From Candidatus Dormiibacterota bacterium (GTDB taxonomy: Bacteria; Chloroflexota; Dormibacteria; Aeolococcales; Aeolococcaceae): 64,000 nt of DNA. The position numbers were made by a program, and so were the translations under genes. The notes beneath the pieces are model-generated. The model was not told where the DNA came from. It made no database searches and saw only the letters and a list, made by a program, of their open reading frames with translations. Positions 45,379-54,628 of this stretch are shown piece by piece. Each line of letters starts with the position of its first letter. Position 1 is the stretch's first letter. The stretch lies in assembly GCA_036269455.1 (NCBI GenBank), contig DATARS010000117.1:260-64259 (forward strand), in the 5' to 3' direction.

Positions 45379-46673
45379 GCGGTCCGCGCTCGGCGGAGGT
45401 CATGCGCCGCGCGCGTGCGCTGATGCCGGGCGGGGTGAGCAGCCCGGTGCGGGCCTTCGCCGCGGTCGGGGGCGAGCCACCGGTGTTCAGCTCGGGCCGG
45501 GGCTGCCGGCTCGTCGACGAGGACGGTCGCGAGTACGTCGACTTCGTGCTCGCCTACGGCCCGCTGATCCTCGGCCACGACCACCCCGCGGTGCGCGAGG
45601 CGATCGCCGCCCGGCTGCCCCTCGGCACCGCCTACGGGGGCCCCACCGAGCTCGAGGTCGAGCTCGCCGGGCGGGTGGTCGCGGCGGTGCCGTCGATGGA
45701 GATGGTCCGCTTCGTCAACTCCGGTACCGAGGCGACGATGTCGGCGCTGCGCCTGGCCCGCGCGGCCACCGGTCGCGACCGGGTGGTGAAGTGCGCCGGT
45801 GGCTACCACGGCCACGCCGACCTGCTGCTCGTCGAGGCCGGCTCGGGGGTGGCGACGCTGGGAATCCCCGGATCGCCGGGGGTCCCCGCGGCGGCGGTGG
45901 GCGACACCCTGGTCGTGCCCTACAACGACGCCGCCGCGGTGGAGGAGCTCTTCGCCGCCCAGGGCGAGCGCATCGCGGCGGTGATCGTCGAGCCGGTGGC
46001 CGGGAACATGGGCTGCGTACCACCGCTCCCCGGCTACCTCGAGGCGCTCCGCGCGACCACCGCGCGCCACGGCGCGCTGCTCGTGTTCGACGAGGTGATG
46101 ACCGGCTTCCGGGTCGCCTACGGCGGCGCCCAGGAGCTCTACGGGATCGCCGCCGACCTCACCTGCCTCGGCAAGGTGATCGGCGGCGGCCTGCCGGTGG
46201 GGGCGTACGGCGGGCCGGCGGCGCTGATGTCGCGGATGGCGCCTGCCGGGCCGGTCTACCAGGCGGGCACGCTGAGCGGCAACCCGCTGGCGATGGCCGC
46301 CGGCTGCGCCACCCTCGACGTGCTCCGCGACGGCGCCGCGTACGCCCGCCTCGAGTCGCTCGGCAGCCGCCTCGCCGCCGGCCTCGCCGCCGCCGCCGAG
46401 GAGCACGGCACCGCCTGCGCGGTGAACCGGGTGGGGAGCATGCTCACCCCCTTCCTCGGAGTGGATGTGGTGACCGACTACGCCGCCGCGCGAGGCGCCG
46501 ACGCGGCCGCCTTCCGCCGGGTGCACGCCGCCTGGCTCGAGGGGGGCGTCTTCTGGCCGCCCTCGCAGTACGAGGCGGGATTCCTCAGCACCGCGCACGG
46601 CGAGGCCGAGGTCGATCGCGCCGCGGAGATCTTCGCCGCCGCCCTCACCGCCGGGTCATCCGGCGCCGGCTGA
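45375..46673 (+). CDS. hemL: glutamate-1-semialdehyde 2,1-aminomutase
   Basis: MPGGVSSPVRAF, FVNSGTEA, PLP-Lys block DLTCLGKVIGGG. Confidence 0.92.
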   Translation: MSGPRSAEVMRRARALMPGGVSSPVRAFAAVGGEPPVFSSGRGCRLVDEDGREYVDFVLAYGPLILGHDHPAVREAIAARLPLGTAYGGPTELEVELAGRVVAAVPSMEMVRFVNSGTEATMSALRLARAATGRDRVVKCAGGYHGHADLLLVEAGSGVATLGIPGSPGVPAAAVGDTLVVPYNDAAAVEELFAAQGERIAAVIVEPVAGNMGCVPPLPGYLEALRATTARHGALLVFDEVMTGFRVAYGGAQELYGIAADLTCLGKVIGGGLPVGAYGGPAALMSRMAPAGPVYQAGTLSGNPLAMAAGCATLDVLRDGAAYARLESLGSRLAAGLAAAAEEHGTACAVNRVGSMLTPFLGVDVVTDYAAARGADAAAFRRVHAAWLEGGVFWPPSQYEAGFLSTAHGEAEVDRAAEIFAAALTAGSSGAG

Positions 46674-46801
46674 TCTGCGTATGACAGGCATCCGGCTCTC
46701 ACACCTGTCTCAGGGGACGGCGGGAAGGCCGGTGGTAGACTTCAACCCATCCCGACACTGGACTCGCGACGCCGTTCGTCGCGGGGCGCGGAGGCTGTCC
46801 A

Positions 46802-47056
46802 ATGCCCTTCATCAACCCCGGCCACTTCTGGCTGATCCTCCTGCTGCTGATCGTGGTCCTCATCATCTGGGGACCGGGGAAGCTTCCCGACGTGGGTGCC
46901 GGCATGGGCCGCGCCATCCGGGAGTTCAGGAAGGCCACCAACGAGGTCAAGGACTCCGTGAACCCGATGAGCCCGCACAGCGAGCCGAGCCCGCCGAGCG
47001 GCAACACCACGGCGCCGAAGCCCGAGGTCACCGAGGAGCCCAAGACCCCGGTCTGA
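46802..47056 (+). CDS. tatA: twin-arginine translocase subunit TatA/E
   Basis: TM helix plus amphipathic hinge WGPGKLPDVGAGMGRAIREFRKA (F-G-x-x-K-L-P ... R-x-F-K motif). Confidence 0.88.
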   Translation: MPFINPGHFWLILLLLIVVLIIWGPGKLPDVGAGMGRAIREFRKATNEVKDSVNPMSPHSEPSPPSGNTTAPKPEVTEEPKTPV

Positions 47057-47174
47057 CCGGGTGCCGGTCCAGCTCACGACCGGTGCGCCCCCGCGTCATG
47101 GGGAGGCACCGGCCGAGATGCTTCAATCCGCTGCGCGGCGACCCCGCGTGCCTTCAGCAGGGTGAGAACCGACA

Positions 47175-47918
47175 GTGCAGGGCGTGGTGAACGACGACCG
47201 GCGGATGACCATCATCGAGCACCTCGAGGAGCTCCGGAAGGTGCTGATGATCTCCGTCGGCGCCTGGGTTGTGGCCACCGTCGGCGCGTTCTTCTTCAAC
47301 GGCCGGGTGCTCGACATCCTCGAGCGGCCGCTCAAGACCGTGCTCGGCAAGGGCAACCACCTGTCGACGCTCCCGATCGTCACCACCCCGACCGAGCCAC
47401 TGACCATCCCGCTCAAGGTCTCGGCGATCGTCGGCTTCGCAATCGCGCTGCCGGTCATCCTCTGGCAGATCTGGACGTTCGTCAGCCCCGGCCTCCGGCC
47501 GCAGGAGCGGAAGTTCGCCTGGCCCTTCATCGTCACGGCGCTGCTGCTCTTCGCCACCGGCTCCGCCTTCGCCTACTTCGTGATGCCGATCGGGCTCAAC
47601 TTCCTCGCCGGGTTCCTCGGCAACAACGCGACCTTCCTGCCCGACCTCAACGCCTACCTCACCTTCTTCACGCTGCTCATCGTCATCTTCGGGGTGACCT
47701 TCGAGCTGCCGATCGCCATCGTCCTGCTCGGGCTGCTGGGGATCGTGTCCTCACGCTTCCTGCGCAACCGGCGCAAGGGGATCTGGGTGGGGATCGTCTT
47801 CGTGGCCCTGGTTGTGACCCCGGGAGCCGATCCCTTCACCCCGACCGCCCTCTTCGTCCCGCTGATCGTTCTCTTCGAGGCCAGCATCCTGGTCCTCGAC
47901 AGGGTCTTCCGCCGCTAG
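47175..47918 (+). CDS. tatC: twin-arginine translocase subunit TatC
   Basis: Six-TM TatC signature: MTIIEHLEELRKVL..., and the PGL/ERK loop (SPGLRPQERKFAWPF). GTG at 47175; ATG at 47205 is also possible. Confidence 0.88.
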   Translation: MQGVVNDDRRMTIIEHLEELRKVLMISVGAWVVATVGAFFFNGRVLDILERPLKTVLGKGNHLSTLPIVTTPTEPLTIPLKVSAIVGFAIALPVILWQIWTFVSPGLRPQERKFAWPFIVTALLLFATGSAFAYFVMPIGLNFLAGFLGNNATFLPDLNAYLTFFTLLIVIFGVTFELPIAIVLLGLLGIVSSRFLRNRRKGIWVGIVFVALVVTPGADPFTPTALFVPLIVLFEASILVLDRVFRR

Positions 47919-47922
47919 CTCG

Positions 47923-48882
47923 TCAGCTCGACCGGATGGACCGTGCGGAGGTGTTGGTGCGGTGACCGCCGGTCCCGCCGCCGCCGCCCCCGCCCCCGCT
48001 GCTGCTCGGATGCGAGCCACCGCCGTTCGAGGTGTGCCCGCCCGACGACGAACCGCCGCCGGAGGACCCGTGGCTGCCGTGGCCGCCGCTCCCGCTCGGC
48101 CCGCCCGTCCCCGGGGTCCCGGATCCGAGCTGGCAGCTCCACGGGTAGGGCTGGCAGGCCGAGGTCTCCTGCGACTCGGGGAAGGCGCAGTGCGAGCTGG
48201 GCGTGCCGGTGAGGTGGTCGTCGGCGTCGCCGTCGCCGTCGCACTGGCTGTTGCTCCCGCTGCCCGGGGCGGCCAGGCCGAAGTCGTGGAAGACGATCGG
48301 GTCCGACGCGGTGCCGGCGTAGCCGCCCGTCGACGGCCAGGTCACCGTGGTGCCGTCGGGATAGACGGCGGTGACGATCGCCTGGGTGCCGCTGCCGGAG
48401 CCGACCGTCAGGGTCGCCTCCTCCGACTGGCAGGCGCTGCCTCCCTCGCAGGGCGCGTAGCCCTCGGGATTGGTGGCGTTCGGCGGCGGGGTCACCGTCG
48501 TCCGGATCGTGTAGGTGCCCGGCGGCGGCGCGGCGAAGCTGACGCAGCCGTGGCCGCCGGCGCTGCAGCTGCCCTGCTGGAGCGGGCATCCCGCCGAGGC
48601 GCCGACCGAGCCGGCGGAACCGGGGGGGGTGGTGACCGTGATCGAGGCGCCGCCCGGCCCGGTCACGCTGTACGCGGCGCCGCCGAGCCCCTGCTTGCAC
48701 GAGTCCATGGTCTGGATCCAGATCCCGCCCCCGCCTGCGCCGCCGCTTCCGTGTCCCGAGCCGCCGTGTCCGGGACTTGCGGCCTGGGCCGGACCGGCCC
48801 CCGCAGCGAAGGCGCTCCCGCAGGCGGCGAACACCAGGCCGAGTGAGGCGACCACGAATCGCAGGCGCATCGAGCGCATCAT
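47923..48882 (-). CDS. secreted His/Gly/Ser-rich, Cys-rich lipoprotein (hypothetical)
   Basis: Signal peptide with lipobox-like LVFAAC; His/Gly/Ser runs HGGSGHGSGGAGGGG and GGHGSHGSSGGG...GGGGGGGG at both ends; about 12 Cys in C-x(n)-C pairs in the central part. Confidence 0.55.
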   Translation of the reverse strand: MMRSMRLRFVVASLGLVFAACGSAFAAGAGPAQAASPGHGGSGHGSGGAGGGGIWIQTMDSCKQGLGGAAYSVTGPGGASITVTTPPGSAGSVGASAGCPLQQGSCSAGGHGCVSFAAPPPGTYTIRTTVTPPPNATNPEGYAPCEGGSACQSEEATLTVGSGSGTQAIVTAVYPDGTTVTWPSTGGYAGTASDPIVFHDFGLAAPGSGSNSQCDGDGDADDHLTGTPSSHCAFPESQETSACQPYPWSCQLGSGTPGTGGPSGSGGHGSHGSSGGGSSSGGHTSNGGGSHPSSSGGGGGGGGTGGHRTNTSARSIRSS

Positions 48883-48984
48883 CCATCCTCCCTTCCATGG
48901 CGGCGACGGCGCGCCCGGGGGTGCGCCGTCTCCTGCGTATCTACAACGCTCCGGACGCGCCGCTCCTTGCGCTCGCGCTCAACC

Positions 48985-49371
48985 TCATCCCCCGGGGGTC
49001 GGGGTGGGGGTGGGGAGGCTCCGGTCCACGGTGATCGTACCCGTCATCGACGGGTGCCAGCGGCAGTGGAAGCTGAAGCTGCCCGAGTCCGGCGAGGTCA
49101 GCGGCGCGGTGTTGGACTCGCCGGGGTCGGCGTCGGCGCTGGCGTGGACCGAGTCGGCGGTGAAGGAGTGCTCGACGCCGCCGGCGTTCACCAGGGTCAC
49201 GGTGACGAGCGACCCCGGCGGCACCGTCGCGGTGACCGGGTCGAAGCGGAAGTCGCGCGCGGTGATGCGCAGCTGGGCGCCGCCGGGGTTGGGACCGGTG
49301 GTGTCGCCGCACCCCGCCGCCGCCACCGCGGCCACGGCGGCGGCGAGGAGCGCCCGCCCGCCGCGGGTCAC
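48985..49371 (-). CDS. cupredoxin-like (plastocyanin/azurin-type) copper-binding lipoprotein
   Basis: Signal peptide ending AAAGCGD; type-1 Cu ligands: H in EHSFT, then C-x-x-H-x-x-M in FHCRWHPSMTGTI. GTG start forms a GTGA overlap with the upstream gene. Confidence 0.7.
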   Translation of the reverse strand: MTRGGRALLAAAVAAVAAAGCGDTTGPNPGGAQLRITARDFRFDPVTATVPPGSLVTVTLVNAGGVEHSFTADSVHASADADPGESNTAPLTSPDSGSFSFHCRWHPSMTGTITVDRSLPTPTPTPGG

Positions 49372-50024
49372 ACCACCAGGACCTCGACCCGGTCGTCGAC
49401 CACCCGCGAGCGCAGCCGCGGCAGCGGGGTGGTGAGGTACTCGCGGTCGACCGGGGCGCCCTGGAGGTCGAAGGAGGCGCCGTGGCAGGGGCAGAGGAGC
49501 TGGGCGGCCTGCGCCTCGAGGAGGCAGCCCCGGTGGGTGCAGACCGCCGAGAGCGCGTGCACCCCGCCGCCGGGCTGGGGCACGAGCACCCCCTCGATGG
49601 GCCCCGCGGAGAAGCGGCGCGGCCGGCCGTCGGCGAGGTCGGCGAGGGTGGCGACCTGCCGCCAGGTGCCGTTCGACGGCACCAGCTCGCCCTGGGCGGC
49701 GCGGTCGGGCTGGTCGGTGTGGCGCACCCCGAGGTCGACGGCGACCCCTGCGGCCGCCGCGGCGGCGATGCCGCCGCCGATGAGGAAGCCGCGCCTGCTC
49801 GGCGGCCGGGTGGCCGCCGGGGCCGCGTCGAGCTGAGCGCGGAGCTGCTCCTCCAGCCCGCTGACGAACTCCGCCGAGGGCAGGTCGGTGGCGGTGCGGG
49901 CGCCGCGCAGCGCGGTGGCGACCTGGAGCAGCCGGGCCTCCTCGGCGTCGGCCTCGAAGCGCGGCGGCCGGCGGTCGCGGAGCAGGGCGGTGACGAAGCG
50001 GCGGGTGCGGCGGCGCGGGGTCAC
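49368..50024 (-). CDS. putative anti-sigma factor with Tat-exported Rieske [2Fe-2S] domain
   Basis: GTG start overlapping the ECF sigma stop (GTGA). About 75-aa basic cytoplasmic N-region, then a twin-arginine motif SRRGFLIGGG plus hydrophobic h-region, then Rieske boxes CTHRGC...CPCHGA. Confidence 0.6.
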   Translation of the reverse strand: MTPRRRTRRFVTALLRDRRPPRFEADAEEARLLQVATALRGARTATDLPSAEFVSGLEEQLRAQLDAAPAATRPPSRRGFLIGGGIAAAAAAGVAVDLGVRHTDQPDRAAQGELVPSNGTWRQVATLADLADGRPRRFSAGPIEGVLVPQPGGGVHALSAVCTHRGCLLEAQAAQLLCPCHGASFDLQGAPVDREYLTTPLPRLRSRVVDDRVEVLVV

Positions 50025-50557
50025 GACCGCTCCTCGCCGAGGCCGGCGGCGCGGCGCAGCGCGCGCCACTGCAGCACCTTGGCGTTGGCCACGCTCACCT
50101 CCATCTCGTGCGCCGTCTCGCGGACCGAGAGGCCGCGGAGGAAGCGCAGCTCGAGCACCCGCCGGTACTGGTCGGGGAGGCGCGCCAGGAGGGAGGAGAC
50201 GCGGCGGCGGTTGCCCGCCCCCTCGTCGCCGCCGGCCGCGGGCGGCGAGGGGGCCAGGTCCTCGTTGTACTCGGTGAGCTCGGCCCCGTAGTGGGTGGTC
50301 CAGTGCTCGGCCAGGACGCTGCGCGCGGTGGCCCGGAGGTAGGCGCGGGCCTCCCCCTCGCTGGCGGTCGGACGCAGCCGGGGGAGCGCCCGCAGGAAGA
50401 CCGCTGCGGTGATGTCCTCGGCGTCGGGACGGTTGCCGCAGCGCGAGAAGACGAACCGGTACACCGCGACCACGTGGGCGCGGTAGAGGTCCTCCCAGCC
50501 GGAGGTGTCCTCCGCGCCGACCACGCGAAGCCGCGACGCCGCGCTCTCCTGGTCCAT
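50021..50557 (-). CDS. ECF-type RNA polymerase sigma-70 family factor
   Basis: Region 2 (LYRAHVVAVYRFVFSRCGNRPDAEDITAAVFLRAL) and region 4 HTH (LPDQYRRVLELRFLRGLSVRETAHEMEVSVANAKV). Confidence 0.85.
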   Translation of the reverse strand: MDQESAASRLRVVGAEDTSGWEDLYRAHVVAVYRFVFSRCGNRPDAEDITAAVFLRALPRLRPTASEGEARAYLRATARSVLAEHWTTHYGAELTEYNEDLAPSPPAAGGDEGAGNRRRVSSLLARLPDQYRRVLELRFLRGLSVRETAHEMEVSVANAKVLQWRALRRAAGLGEERS

Positions 50558-50612
50558 CGACCCCTCGGTCTCCTCGGGTGGAATGTCCGCCTCAGTCTCC
50601 TACGGTCGCGGG

Positions 50613-51227
50613 TTACAGGTGGCGGGGGGTGATCTCGAGCACCCCGGCCTCGGCGAGCCGGGCCACCGCCCTCGCCCGGTGCGAGACCCGGTCCTTCTCC
50701 TCGGCGCTCACCTCGCCGAAGGTGCGGCCGAGGTCGGTCGAGAGGAACGACGGGTCGTAGCCGAAGCCGGCCTCGCCGCGGGGCTCGACGAGCACCCCCT
50801 CGCAGACGCCGCGGGCGACCACCTCCTCGGCGCCCGGCCGGGCGAGGGCGAGCACCGCCACGTAGCGCACCCGGCGATCGTCGGGGCAGCGGCGCTCGAC
50901 CTCGTCGAGGAGGCCGCGCAGCCGGCTGGCGTCGTCGGCGTCCTCACCGAGCCAGCGGCTCGAGTGCGGTCCCGGCCAGCCGCGCAGCGCCTCCACCTCG
51001 ATCCCGCTGTCGTCGCCGAGGGCGCAGAGCCCGGTGGCCCGGCAGACCTCGACCGCCTTGATCCGCGCGTTCTCCGCGTACCCGGGCCCGGGCTCGTCGA
51101 CGTCGCCCTCGAAGCCGGCGTCGTCGAGGCTGAGCAGCCGCCAGGGATGGTCGCGGAGCAGGCGCCGGAACTCGCCCAGCTTTCCCCGGTTGCGGGTGGC
51201 GACCACCAGCGCCGGGCGGTCGGGCAT
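50613..51227 (-). CDS. rdgB: non-canonical purine NTP pyrophosphatase (RdgB/HAM1 family)
   Basis: LVVATRNRGKLGEF, GFGYDPSF, TFGEVSAEEKDRVSHRARA. Confidence 0.9.
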   Translation of the reverse strand: MPDRPALVVATRNRGKLGEFRRLLRDHPWRLLSLDDAGFEGDVDEPGPGYAENARIKAVEVCRATGLCALGDDSGIEVEALRGWPGPHSSRWLGEDADDASRLRGLLDEVERRCPDDRRVRYVAVLALARPGAEEVVARGVCEGVLVEPRGEAGFGYDPSFLSTDLGRTFGEVSAEEKDRVSHRARAVARLAEAGVLEITPRHL

Positions 51228-51953
51228 TCAGTCGCGGCCCTGCGCCACCGCCCGGCGCTGGATGGCGAAGAGCTCCTCGAGGCCCACCCGGGCGAGCCCG
51301 AGCATCGCCTCGGCCTGGGCCGCGTCGAAGGGCTCGCGCTCGGCGGTGCCCTGGAGCTCGACGTAGCGGCCGTCGTCGGTGCCGACGCAGTTCATGTCGG
51401 TGTCGGCGGCGGAGTCCTCGAGGTAGTCGAGGTCGAGCCGCGGCGTCCCCTTGACGATGCCGACGCTCACCGCGGCGACCTGGTGGCGGAGCGGGTCGCT
51501 GGCGAGCAGGCGGGCCTCGCGCAGCCGCTCGACGGCGAGGGCGAGCGCCACCCAGGCGCCGGTGATCGACGCGGTCCGGGTGCCGCCGTCGGCGACGAGG
51601 ACGTCGCAGTCGAGGATGACGGTCCGCTCGCCGAGGGCTCGGAAGTCGACGGCGATGCGCAGCGCGCGGCCGATCAGCCGCTGGATCTCCTGCACCCGCC
51701 CGTCGATGCGGCCCTTGCGGGCGTCGCGATCGCTGCGGGTGAGCGTCGACCGCGGGAGCATTGCGTACTCGGCGGTCACCCAGCCCTGGCCCGTGCCCTT
51801 GCGGTAGGGGGGCACGCGCTCCTCGACGCTGGCGGCGCAGAGCACCCTCGTCTCACCCACGGTGATGAGCGCGCTCCCCTCGGCGTAGGGGACGGCGCCG
51901 GTCTCGATGGTGGTGGGTCGCAGCTGATCCGGCCGGCGGCCGTCGGCACGCAT
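51228..51953 (-). CDS. rph: ribonuclease PH
   Basis: [48 protein letters not shown]; abuts rdgB (stop/start adjacent), the classic rph-rdgB pair. Confidence 0.92.
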   Translation of the reverse strand: MRADGRRPDQLRPTTIETGAVPYAEGSALITVGETRVLCAASVEERVPPYRKGTGQGWVTAEYAMLPRSTLTRSDRDARKGRIDGRVQEIQRLIGRALRIAVDFRALGERTVILDCDVLVADGGTRTASITGAWVALALAVERLREARLLASDPLRHQVAAVSVGIVKGTPRLDLDYLEDSAADTDMNCVGTDDGRYVELQGTAEREPFDAAQAEAMLGLARVGLEELFAIQRRAVAQGRD

Positions 51954-52011
51954 GGGCCTGGAGTGTAGTCAGACGCGCTGTCGACCCGGGCTGCTGCCAC
52001 AATGCGGGCAC

Positions 52012-52977
52012 GTGCCCACCTGCGTCTGTGGGGAGCCGCTGCTCCCCGACCACCGTTTCTGCGCGGCATGCGGGCGCGCGCAGATGGGCGCGCGTACATC
52101 CGACGCGATCCCCGGCTGGCCGCCGACGCTGCCGCGGGAGCCGTGGGTGCCGCGGACGTTCTCTCCGCCCCGGCGGCGCTCCTGGGCGACCACCGCCGGT
52201 GCCACCGCGCTCGGGCTGCTGCTGGTGCTCGCGGTGGCCTTCACCGTCGGCTACCGCTCCGCCAGCCTGGCGCCGCAGGTGGTGGCGCGCTTCATCCCCG
52301 GGCCCTTCGCGACCCCCGTCTCCTCGCTGGTGCCGCGGCCGCTCGCCGCGGTGGCCGACCAGGCGCTGACCCGGGTGGTCACAGTCCAGGTCGTGACCGG
52401 GACCGGCGAGGAGTTCGGCACCGGCTGGATCCTCGACAACCACGGCGACGTCGTCACCAACAACCACGTCATCGAGGGCGGGTCGACCATCCGCCTGCTC
52501 GACAGCAACAAGCAGATGCACACCGGCGTCGTGCTCGGCTCCGACAAGGCGCAGGACATCGCCGTGGTCCGGGCCATCGACGGCCAGCCGCTGCCGGGCG
52601 ACCCGCTCCCGCTCGCCGCCGACGGCGACGCGCCCCACCCGGAGCAGGTGGTGGTGCTCGCCTCGACAAAGGCCACCAACCACAGCGACCGCACCGTGGA
52701 GACCCTGGCGCTGCTCCACCAGTCGATCCCGGTGCAGGGCGACGGCCAGGCCGGGACCCCGGGGGCGGGGGGCACCACCTATGAGGACATGATGGTGCTC
52801 CACGGCCAGATGATCTACCGCGGCAACAGCGGCGGCCCGGTGCTCGACGCCTATGGCCGGGTCGTCGGGATCATCACCCTGGCGAGCCAGTCGACCCCAC
52901 AGGCCTTCGCCATCCCGATCACCCGGGTGGTGGGCCAGCTCCACGGGTTCGCCGGGCGCAACACCCCCGCGACCTGA
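52012..52977 (+). CDS. trypsin-like (S1C/HtrA-like, no PDZ) serine protease with N-terminal zinc ribbon and one TM
   Basis: [18 protein letters not shown] (C-x-C-x11-C-x-x-C), a TM helix ([15 protein letters not shown]), catalytic His (TNNHVIEG), Asp (AQDIAVVR) and Ser (GNSGGPVLD) blocks. ORF extends to an ATG at 51952 that would overlap the divergent rph start; GTG at 52012 preferred. Confidence 0.7.
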   Translation: MPTCVCGEPLLPDHRFCAACGRAQMGARTSDAIPGWPPTLPREPWVPRTFSPPRRRSWATTAGATALGLLLVLAVAFTVGYRSASLAPQVVARFIPGPFATPVSSLVPRPLAAVADQALTRVVTVQVVTGTGEEFGTGWILDNHGDVVTNNHVIEGGSTIRLLDSNKQMHTGVVLGSDKAQDIAVVRAIDGQPLPGDPLPLAADGDAPHPEQVVVLASTKATNHSDRTVETLALLHQSIPVQGDGQAGTPGAGGTTYEDMMVLHGQMIYRGNSGGPVLDAYGRVVGIITLASQSTPQAFAIPITRVVGQLHGFAGRNTPAT

Positions 52978-53070
52978 GTGAAACAATCCGCCGGGTTTGG
53001 GCGGACGAGACCCGGGCGATAGTCTGGGTGCCGCACCGACCCGCGCCAGCGCGCACCAACCGGAGCACCC

Positions 53071-54087
53071 GTGGACGACCGCACCTTCGACATCGCCGTG
53101 ATCGGCGCCGGCCCGGCCGGGCTGGCGGCCGCGCTCTACGCGGGGCGCAGCCTGGTGCGCACCGTGGTCATCGAGGGCAAGGCGCCAGGAGGCCAGCTCC
53201 TGAACACCGAGCTGATCGAGGACTACCCCGGCTTCATGAGCATCCTCGGCCATGAGCTCGCCACCCAGATGACCGAGCAGGCGGCGCGCTTCGGCGCCGA
53301 GATGGTCTACGCACCGGCGACCCGCATTCGCATCGAGGACGACGGCACCAAGGTCGTGGAGACCGAGGCCGGCGAGTACCGCGCCCCGGCGGTGATCGTC
53401 ACCGCGGGGGGCAACCCCCGCAAGCTCGGGGTCGCGGGCGAGGAGGAGTACGCCGGCCGCGGGGTGTCCTACTGCGCGGTCTGCGACGGCGCCTTCTTCA
53501 AGGGCGAGCACCTCGCCGTCATCGGCGGCGGCGACGCGGCGGTCGAGGAGGCGATGTTCCTCACCCGCTACGCGAGCAGGGTCACGCTCATCCACCGGCG
53601 CGACCAGTTCCGCGCCTCGCCGATCCTCGTCGAGGAGGCGCGCAAGGAGCCGAAGCTCCAGACCCTCCTCTGCACCGTGGTCGAGAGCATCGAGGGCACG
53701 CCGCTCGACACCGGCGACCACACCGGCAGGGTGACCCATCTGCGGCTGCGCAACGTCGACAGCGGCGAGGAGAGCACCCTCGACGTCGGCGGCGTGTTCA
53801 TCTTCGTCGGCTTCCTGCCCAACACCGGGCTGGTCGACCGCCACGTCGAGCACGACGCCGGCGGCTACTACCTCACCGACCCCTACTCGATGATGACCAG
53901 CGTCCCGGGGATCTTCGCCGCCGGCGACGTCCGCTCCCAGCTGACCCGCCAGATCACCACCGCGGTGGGCGACGCCACCACCGCCGCGCTGGCCGCCACC
54001 AAGTGGGTGGAGGAGCGCGCCAAGGGCAACCCCGACCCCTTCGGCACCTTCATGCGGGCCTCGCAGCAGGGGGGCTGGGTGGGGTGA
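53071..54087 (+). CDS. trxB: thioredoxin-disulfide reductase
   Basis: FAD motif FDIAVIGAGPAGLAAALYAGR, redox-active CAVC (SYCAVCDGAFF), NADPH motif LAVIGGGDAAVEEAMFL. Confidence 0.9.
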   Translation: MDDRTFDIAVIGAGPAGLAAALYAGRSLVRTVVIEGKAPGGQLLNTELIEDYPGFMSILGHELATQMTEQAARFGAEMVYAPATRIRIEDDGTKVVETEAGEYRAPAVIVTAGGNPRKLGVAGEEEYAGRGVSYCAVCDGAFFKGEHLAVIGGGDAAVEEAMFLTRYASRVTLIHRRDQFRASPILVEEARKEPKLQTLLCTVVESIEGTPLDTGDHTGRVTHLRLRNVDSGEESTLDVGGVFIFVGFLPNTGLVDRHVEHDAGGYYLTDPYSMMTSVPGIFAAGDVRSQLTRQITTAVGDATTAALAATKWVEERAKGNPDPFGTFMRASQQGGWVG

Positions 54088-54626
54088 GCAGCATCGTCAC
54101 CCGCGGTGGGGACGGCGGCGAGACCAGCCTCCTCTACGGCGGGCGGGTGCCCAAGGACGACCTCCACACCGAGGCATACGGCGCCCTCGACGAGGCCATC
54201 TCCGCTCTCGGCCTGGCCCGGGCCACCGAGACCGACCCGGCCAGGGCGGACCGGCTGCTCGCCCTGCAGCGGCAGCTGTTCACGGTCGGCGCCGAGCTCG
54301 CCACCGGCCGGGGCGCCCGCCACCTGCTCGTGAAGCACTTCCCCACCGTTGACGCGGCCATGGTCGACGCGCTCGAGGAGGAGACCCACGACCTCGAGGC
54401 CCGGGTCCCCCTGCCCCGAGCCTTCGTCATCCCGGGGGGCACGCCCGCCGCCGCCGCGGTGGACATGGCGCGCACCCTGGTGCGCCGCGCCGAGCGCCGG
54501 GCGGTCGCGCTCCACCGCGCCGGCGAGCTCGAGAACGCCGAGGTGCTCCGCTACCTCAACCGCTGCTCCGACCTCCTCTTCATGCTCGCCCGCGAGGCCG
54601 AGCAGGGCGCCACCACCCAGAAGTAG
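54084..54626 (+). CDS. ATP:cob(I)alamin adenosyltransferase, PduO type
   Basis: GTGA overlap with trxB; IVTRGGDGGETSLLYGGRVPKDDLHTEAYGALDEAISALGLAR...LQRQLFTVGAELA matches the PduO/MMAB N-terminal domain. Confidence 0.8.
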   Translation: MSSIVTRGGDGGETSLLYGGRVPKDDLHTEAYGALDEAISALGLARATETDPARADRLLALQRQLFTVGAELATGRGARHLLVKHFPTVDAAMVDALEEETHDLEARVPLPRAFVIPGGTPAAAAVDMARTLVRRAERRAVALHRAGELENAEVLRYLNRCSDLLFMLAREAEQGATTQK

Positions 54627-54628
54627 GG

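Noticed and set aside
46683-46711. Weak hairpin (GACAGG-15 nt-CCTGTC) after hemL as a terminator
   Set aside because: Only 6 bp with a large loop; not convincing enough to annotate.
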